Virus record (IMG/VR): IMGVR_UViG_3300033153_011590
Location: 1-64,000 of that record
DNA from: an uncultured virus (IMG/VR IMGVR_UViG_3300033153_011590)
Taxonomy: Duplodnaviria > Heunggongvirae > Uroviricota > Caudoviricetes
Length of the DNA stretch: 64,000 nt
Strand: one strand, 5' to 3'
The notes beneath the pieces were generated by a model, which saw only the letters and a list, made by a program, of their open reading frames with translations, was not told where the DNA came from and did not search any database. Of this stretch, positions 58,725 through 64,000 are shown in pieces; positions within the stretch are counted from its first letter, which is position 1; the number at the start of each line of letters is the position of its first letter. The position numbers and the translations under genes were made by a program.

Positions 58725-58768
58725 CTCACAAAGCAAAGAAAATCCTTAATAATTATTAATTTTCTTTT

Positions 58769-59329
58769 TTACGGAGGAGTCATAAGAGCACTAGAAGCAA
58801 ATATTACAGTTCTGTAACTAGCAACAATAGGAGTCTCAATAACAATCCTAACTGTTGAAGCACTCTCGATTCCTATGTTTAAATTACCAACATAATTGGC
58901 AACTCCCGGTGTTAATAGTATATCAGCACTTGTAAAATCACCATTGGTTTGATTTAGTATCCAAACCTGAACTCCTACTTCTCTAGTATCTAAATCATGA
59001 GTAACTACAAATTGAGTATCAGCTACACTAGCAATATAATGTTCATCATTATACATGATAGTACCTCTTTTTCTTACTTTCAACCATCTTCCGGGTAGTG
59101 TATCATTATCAATACTGTTAGGTCTTACGACATAATCATCATCACTTGTTGCATGAGAATCTACATCATAATAGTATTCTCTAGCATCACCATCATTTGC
59201 AGCCCAACTACCTAACAAGACTGCATAATCATAGTAAGTTTCCTTGCCTGTAATATCCTTCAGGTCACTAACATTTCTTACACCAAATCTGTTACCGAGT
59301 CTTTTTATTCTTTCTGAAAAAATTGACAT
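58769..59329 (-). CDS. Putative tail-associated structural protein
   Basis: DD..VV.P......GRW.K and VTH.L.T..V.VQV motifs common in phage fibre/structural modules. Confidence 0.5.
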   Translation of the reverse strand: MSIFSERIKRLGNRFGVRNVSDLKDITGKETYYDYAVLLGSWAANDGDAREYYYDVDSHATSDDDYVVRPNSIDNDTLPGRWLKVRKRGTIMYNDEHYIASVADTQFVVTHDLDTREVGVQVWILNQTNGDFTSADILLTPGVANYVGNLNIGIESASTVRIVIETPIVASYRTVIFASSALMTPP

Positions 59330-59336
59330 AACTTTA

Positions 59337-60032
59337 TTATTTTAAAATTAATACTGCAGTTCCACCAATCACTATACCAACAAAGATAGCACCTATTGTT
59401 CTTTTTGTGCCTCTTTTCTTGAAGAAACCTATTTGCTTATCTTTTTCCACAATGATATCTTTATTCAATTCAATTCTTACATCTTGTTTTATTACTACCA
59501 CACTTAAGGTATCATTTGCTGCTTGTAGTTCATCAATAGCAAGTTCATAGTTTTCAGCATTCTCAAGTAATACTACTCTTTCTTGAGTATAAGCATCGTG
59601 ACTTACAAATGTTAAGTTGCTCTTCTTGAGTTGTTCTTTACTAATAATTACTACCTTCTTTCCCTCTATTTTTGCCAGTTTAGGTAGAGTATCACGAATA
59701 CCAAGATATTCATTAAAGAACTCCATATCTTCACAAACATCATTCTCTTTTATAATTTGAATCTGCTGTTTATAGATAGTATGGATTTCAATGATTTCCT
59801 TCTTTCCATCCTCAATTACCTCTTCAAGACTATCAACCTTTGCTAGTATTATTGGTACAGATTTTCGATACTCAATAACTTCTTTCAGAAGAGCTTCATC
59901 CTGAATCTCTAGGGTAGTTACAACTACTTGAGATTCTCCAATTTTGTCCATTATATTACCACGAAAGAATATCATTAATATGATAACTATAGCAAGTATT
60001 GCTATTACTATATAAGATATTTTTGTTTTCAT
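59337..60032 (-). CDS. Spanin-like coiled-coil protein with N- and C-terminal TM segments
   Basis: TM YIVIAILAIVIILMIFF, long coiled coil, C-terminal IGAIFVGIVIGGTAVLIL; ATGA-coupled to the endolysin. Confidence 0.5.
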   Translation of the reverse strand: MKTKISYIVIAILAIVIILMIFFRGNIMDKIGESQVVVTTLEIQDEALLKEVIEYRKSVPIILAKVDSLEEVIEDGKKEIIEIHTIYKQQIQIIKENDVCEDMEFFNEYLGIRDTLPKLAKIEGKKVVIISKEQLKKSNLTFVSHDAYTQERVVLLENAENYELAIDELQAANDTLSVVVIKQDVRIELNKDIIVEKDKQIGFFKKRGTKRTIGAIFVGIVIGGTAVLILK

Positions 60033-60466
60033 TTTGGTATTGGTATTTCGTAAATTACAGTACTGTTAGTCCACCTGAAATCAATATGAGTCCAAGTAGG
60101 TGTATCAAGCTCATAACCAGAAACTTCAAACTTTTCATTAAGAAACTTGAAGTTATCCTTTATAAGCTTGCGAATTCTATCAGGATGCCAACCTTTAACT
60201 TTGACATCAATAGCAAGACCTCTTTTGTGAGAAGATTCTTTTGCTCCTATGTCACAGTCAGGTGGTCTATAGCCTGAATATTGATATGGGCCACCCCATT
60301 TCCAATCATTGATTGTAACTGAAGCATCTCCACATCTGTCTTTTAACCATTGGGAGAAAAGGACAACCTTCATGTTTATAAACCATGTTGACCGGTTACC
60401 CCATTTTCCATAAGTTATAGGAGGTACAAATTCTTCAATTACAAATGATGTTCCATGTAGTTCCAT
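60029..60466 (-). CDS. Endolysin, peptidase M15 family
   Basis: SGYR, SSH..G.AID and WTHID zinc-peptidase motifs. Confidence 0.85.
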   Translation of the reverse strand: MELHGTSFVIEEFVPPITYGKWGNRSTWFINMKVVLFSQWLKDRCGDASVTINDWKWGGPYQYSGYRPPDCDIGAKESSHKRGLAIDVKVKGWHPDRIRKLIKDNFKFLNEKFEVSGYELDTPTWTHIDFRWTNSTVIYEIPIPK

Positions 60467-60711
60467 TATTCTTTATTTCCATTTTCAATTTGCTTTCTTT
60501 CATTCTCTTGTGCTTTACCGACACCTATAAGAATAAGTACAGTTGCTGTTGTTGCACCCCATACTGCAATAAATGCAACATATTCTCCTGATATCCAATA
60601 TACTACTGCACTCATTATCATTGAGTAAATTGCGAAAAGCAATGCTATCAGTCTTTTACTTGATTTTTTTGTTGGAGTTTCATACAAAAATCCTGTTATT
60701 CCTTCTTTCAT
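60466..60711 (-). CDS. Holin-like protein with two TM segments
   Basis: SSKR followed by two hydrophobic helices and a charged tail; TAATG-coupled to the endolysin. Confidence 0.7.
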   Translation of the reverse strand: MKEGITGFLYETPTKKSSKRLIALLFAIYSMIMSAVVYWISGEYVAFIAVWGATTATVLILIGVGKAQENERKQIENGNKE

Positions 60712-60721
60712 TTTTAACCTC

Positions 60722-61042
60722 CTATTTTTTATCTTCTTGTAAATGTTTAATTTCTACATCATGTTTAACAAGTTCTTGACCATAGAACAATAATGTTACT
60801 CCCTGCGATAGATTAACATCAGAATTTAAGGCTACTTTACCATCAAGTATTTCACATTTTCCTTTGTTAAAAACAGTAGAACTTATGAATTCAAGATTCA
60901 ATTCTTGTTGTATAATATTTAGTTTTTGCTGGCCTTCAATGTAAGATTTTTGACTCCATGCAATAAAGGCAAGTAGACATCCTATAATAATACCAACAAG
61001 GTTGTCTTTAAACCAGCTTCCCGTTTTTTTTATATTCATCAT
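60722..61042 (-). CDS. Single-TM membrane protein (possible holin/antiholin)
   Basis: LVGIIIGCLLAFIAW followed by a coiled coil; within the lysis cassette. Confidence 0.5.
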   Translation of the reverse strand: MMNIKKTGSWFKDNLVGIIIGCLLAFIAWSQKSYIEGQQKLNIIQQELNLEFISSTVFNKGKCEILDGKVALNSDVNLSQGVTLLFYGQELVKHDVEIKHLQEDKK

Positions 61043-61581
61043 TTTACTTTTCTTACTGCTATATATCTAGCTATGGTTGCTATTTTCTTTCCAAAAGTAC
61101 CAAATACATTATATTTACTAGTTTCTGCATTCCAAACAGCACTTCTTATTTGTTCTTCTGTTAATGGTTCAGTAGCTGTTGGTACATCCACTTCTATTAC
61201 TTCAACTTGAGGTGGTACATAATTTATGTCAACAGTGTTGCCCGGAGTCAATGGTGTCCTATCAAAACAAGCAATTCCAGATTGACCATCATCAGTGATA
61301 ATTTCACCTGTAATCGTAATTTCATGATACGTTGCATAATCATAGGGTACTATTCTTGTTCCAAGCAAACACTTTACAAGTTTTGCAGTAAACTTACCCC
61401 CACCTTTAGATTCGTAACCTGAAGCACTGAGAAAGAGGTCAAAATTTCTTAATGATTCGTCAGTTCTACGCAGAGTTCTCATCTCTTTGTAAATATCCAT
61501 CGGGTCAATTTCTGTATTAATGGTACTTACATCAAGATATATTCTCCTGTTTAGGCCATCTATATAACCGATTATAGCCAT
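61039..61581 (-). CDS. Putative virion structural protein
   Basis: 180 aa in the structural block; IRSAVW...GTFG tail motif; N-terminal IDG.N.RI resembles the neighbour's FD..NGRI. Confidence 0.45.
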   Translation of the reverse strand: MAIIGYIDGLNRRIYLDVSTINTEIDPMDIYKEMRTLRRTDESLRNFDLFLSASGYESKGGGKFTAKLVKCLLGTRIVPYDYATYHEITITGEIITDDGQSGIACFDRTPLTPGNTVDINYVPPQVEVIEVDVPTATEPLTEEQIRSAVWNAETSKYNVFGTFGKKIATIARYIAVRKVK

Positions 61582-61583
61582 TC

Positions 61584-63614
61584 TTATACATTGTTTTCAA
61601 CTAATGGTGTACAAGATGCTGTAATTGATGCAGCATTCGTTAATGTGAAAATTGTTTTAGCTTGAGTAACTCCACCATCTCCTTCACATAAAAACACACA
61701 ATCTTTATCTGTTTCAATTGGGCCTCCTATAATGTCAAGATACCAGTCAAATTCAAAGAGAATGTTATTTCCTGTTCTGAATCCTGAACCATTCACATTA
61801 CCTTTTATTTCCACTGAACTTGCATCTTCAACAGTAAGTGCTAATGATGTATTATAATCAGCTCCTGCAGGGCCATCAAGGAAGAAAGCATGAAACCAAG
61901 ATAATGTATCACCTACAGCATCAGCTCCGACAGCTACACTAACATTGGAATATGAAGGATATATTTTAGTATTTCCAGCATCATCTGTAAAGATAACCCT
62001 GTTTTTATCTGTACCTACAAGTTGTTCAATAAACAGTCCTTCTCCTGCTGCTCCTGTACCAACTCTCGGTTGAATTTTACCTTCGGCAGAATATGTGTAC
62101 CAAGTACCAACTCTTTTTCCATTTGTAACATTACTAAGATGGTCATTGATATCATCATCTGTCTGAGCAAGAGCATCAAGGAATGCAACAACTTGGTCAA
62201 GATTACCGGGAACAGTATTGTTAACTACCCATGTAAAAAATCCATTAGCAGTTGTAAATCCTCCTTCTTCTTGTGCAACATCGAGTTCTTCAAGTCCCAT
62301 TCCTGTCCAAGGTGATACTTGAGCACCACCATAAACATCAGCAAGAGTATAATTTCCTGTTGTAAGATGAGAAGATTCACCAAGAGCAAATCCTGAATAG
62401 TATCCATCCATTTGTGATACTCCTGAATCTGCAAGAACTTTTTCATCATAGTTGTAAGCAAATGTGCGAATCTTATTTGAAAGATATGTTCTTACATCAA
62501 TTCCTGTTACAGTAAGGGCTTCATCAGCATCTCCTGTTTCATCAGTAAGGAGTGTCCACTCTTCAGCTATAATAGTAATTACTGTTGTTGTAACAGAAGC
62601 AACTGTATAAGTTTCAGTGTTAAGGGTTAATCCCGCAGCTTCAAAACGATGTCCAACTATAAATCCATCTGATTCATAATCTCCTGCTGACCTTGTAAAT
62701 GTTCCTGTTTCTTTATCTACATCAATTGTCTGAGCAGCACCAGTAGTTACAGTTGTATCATAAGCATTTACATCTATGTCATTATCTCCGTATACTTGGA
62801 TAGCTTCGTCAATGTCTCCATCTTTTGCAAAATCAACAGGTACTGCTCCATCTTCTAATTGGTAATAAGGTTGAGAAAGTAATTCAATATTACCAAGTGA
62901 TTTTACACCATAGTAAATTCTTCCAATAGCTCCTGCAGTATCTCTTTCAATCCATCCTGATGCTCTGATTTTTACTCTGTCATCAGAATCTCCTGCTGAA
63001 TTAAGTGCAAGTCCACTATCAGTACCATCTGCATCATCATATTTCATCCCACTGATAAGCTCATAAGCACCAGCAAATTTGAAACTACCTTTAAAGTATC
63101 TGTCAAACTTACGTAATTCTTCGTCTACTCTACGTTCCTGATTTTCAAAAGCATACAATCCCTCTTTTTTAATTCCAAGCTGTTGAGTAAGTGGATTATC
63201 TTCAGCAACACTGTCAATTTCTTCATCTCCACCGCCAGTTTCATCTACTAAGCCAGTATTATCAGTTACAGTAATAACAAGAGCTGTTACTGATTCAATT
63301 ATAAAAGTATTATTATTACCTCCTTCAGTAAAAACACTTGAAATAAATGACCTGTCAGCTATAAATCCATCATCTAAAAAGCTTCCAGAGAGTCTTGTGA
63401 AAGTACCTGCTGTGGCCACTACATCAATTTGAATTGCTCCAGTTCCTATACCTCCTGATAGGTCTACAGTAGCTAATTCTTCGGCAGTTATCAGTTCAAT
63501 GCGTCCATTCGTTGTGTCAAAGAAAATGTTTCCATCAGGAGACCCACTTCTGCTGGCAGTACTTTGAACAAGATGGGTGAAATAATTTGTTAGGTCTATC
63601 AGTTCTGGTATCAT
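61584..63614 (-). CDS. Putative tail/virion structural protein with two internal ~75-aa repeats
   Basis: 676 aa, acidic and Gly/Thr-rich; two copies of IDV....GTFTR..G....DGFI...L.DETG..DE. Confidence 0.6.
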   Translation of the reverse strand: MIPELIDLTNYFTHLVQSTASRSGSPDGNIFFDTTNGRIELITAEELATVDLSGGIGTGAIQIDVVATAGTFTRLSGSFLDDGFIADRSFISSVFTEGGNNNTFIIESVTALVITVTDNTGLVDETGGGDEEIDSVAEDNPLTQQLGIKKEGLYAFENQERRVDEELRKFDRYFKGSFKFAGAYELISGMKYDDADGTDSGLALNSAGDSDDRVKIRASGWIERDTAGAIGRIYYGVKSLGNIELLSQPYYQLEDGAVPVDFAKDGDIDEAIQVYGDNDIDVNAYDTTVTTGAAQTIDVDKETGTFTRSAGDYESDGFIVGHRFEAAGLTLNTETYTVASVTTTVITIIAEEWTLLTDETGDADEALTVTGIDVRTYLSNKIRTFAYNYDEKVLADSGVSQMDGYYSGFALGESSHLTTGNYTLADVYGGAQVSPWTGMGLEELDVAQEEGGFTTANGFFTWVVNNTVPGNLDQVVAFLDALAQTDDDINDHLSNVTNGKRVGTWYTYSAEGKIQPRVGTGAAGEGLFIEQLVGTDKNRVIFTDDAGNTKIYPSYSNVSVAVGADAVGDTLSWFHAFFLDGPAGADYNTSLALTVEDASSVEIKGNVNGSGFRTGNNILFEFDWYLDIIGGPIETDKDCVFLCEGDGGVTQAKTIFTLTNAASITASCTPLVENNV

Positions 63615-63619
63615 AATAT

Positions 63620-63973
63620 TTAATTTTTAATTGTTAATTCATCCAATTGATTATTCAAATTGTCAAGTTCATTTGCAAGTTCCAAATTACGTTCTATCAT
63701 TTTTTTCCTGTCGTTTTGAAAAGTTTTTACTATCTTTTGTAAAGCTACTAATTCTTTTGGAGCTTTCTCCTTTTGAAATTCAATACCTTTATTAAACGCA
63801 ATCAATTCAAATTTTCTTGCAAAATGAACTGCAGCCATAATCTGCTTTTCTGTATATTCCTTTGGAAAGGAATGTAATTCTTCATTGTCAGTATTGAATA
63901 TCTTCCAATCCTGTCTATCTCCGTTTGGAGATTGTTGATTTGCATATGCTGTTGCAAGTTCTATTTTTTTCAT
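63620..63973 (-). CDS. Hypothetical protein with a C-terminal coiled coil
   Basis: 117-aa ORF. Confidence 0.7.
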   Translation of the reverse strand: MKKIELATAYANQQSPNGDRQDWKIFNTDNEELHSFPKEYTEKQIMAAVHFARKFELIAFNKGIEFQKEKAPKELVALQKIVKTFQNDRKKMIERNLELANELDNLNNQLDELTIKN

Positions 63974-63999
63974 TAGTTATTATTATCTGGTGTTAAAAC
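63973..63999 (-). CDS. 3' end of a gene truncated by the window edge (..VLTPDNNN*)
   Basis: Open frame ending in a TAATG overlap with the 63973 start. Confidence 0.35.
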   Translation of the reverse strand, partial: VLTPDNNN

Positions 64000-64000
64000 A

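Noticed and set aside
26990..62315. Numerous 60-150-aa + strand ORFs inside the minus-strand genes (and equivalent - strand ORFs in 1-26 kb)
   Set aside because: Ser/Phe/Ile-rich antisense shadows of long real genes, with no motifs
62515..63440. Link between these repeats (which may hit 'E1 FCCH-like' profiles) and the Ubl system
   Set aside because: Such small beta-barrels are common in phage structural proteins; the gene is over 40 kb away in the virion block
26284..63973. Stop-codon reassignment as in some crAss-like phages
   Set aside because: ORFs up to 16 kb are open and tile densely under the standard code; TAG and TGA both end plausible genes; no suppressor tRNA seen
1..64000. tRNA, rRNA, integrase or transposase genes
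   Set aside because: None recognised by eye; intergenic gaps are short. A tRNAscan/Infernal run would be needed to exclude them formally

Overview
This AT-rich window looks like about two-thirds of a crAss-like (Crassvirales-type) bacteriophage genome, probably with a Bacteroidota host (TAnnTTTG promoter motifs, A-rich leaders without Shine-Dalgarno sites). Two transcription blocks converge on a bidirectional terminator at ~26250-26285. The + strand (1-26267) holds small accessory genes, a GH16-like gene, a family B DNA polymerase, a vWA/PurA-like module, the replication genes (SF2 helicase, DnaB-like helicase, AAA ATPase, primase, UDG) and nucleases. It also holds a complete ubiquitin-like conjugation cassette: Ubl, E2, JAB/MPN+ protease and E1/ThiF, with the expected catalytic residues present. 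The - strand (26284-64000) holds the virion block: ejected cargo proteins, a 5388-aa virion RNA polymerase polyprotein, tail stabilization and tubular proteins, an IHF-like gene, a nuclease, a lysis cassette and tail-associated proteins. The polyprotein carries the DYDID catalytic motif, a zincin HExxH domain, two ASCH-like domains and a Dda/RecD-like SF1B helicase. Capsid, portal and terminase genes were not recognised and presumably lie outside the window. All product calls come from motif recognition by eye; no database searches were run.
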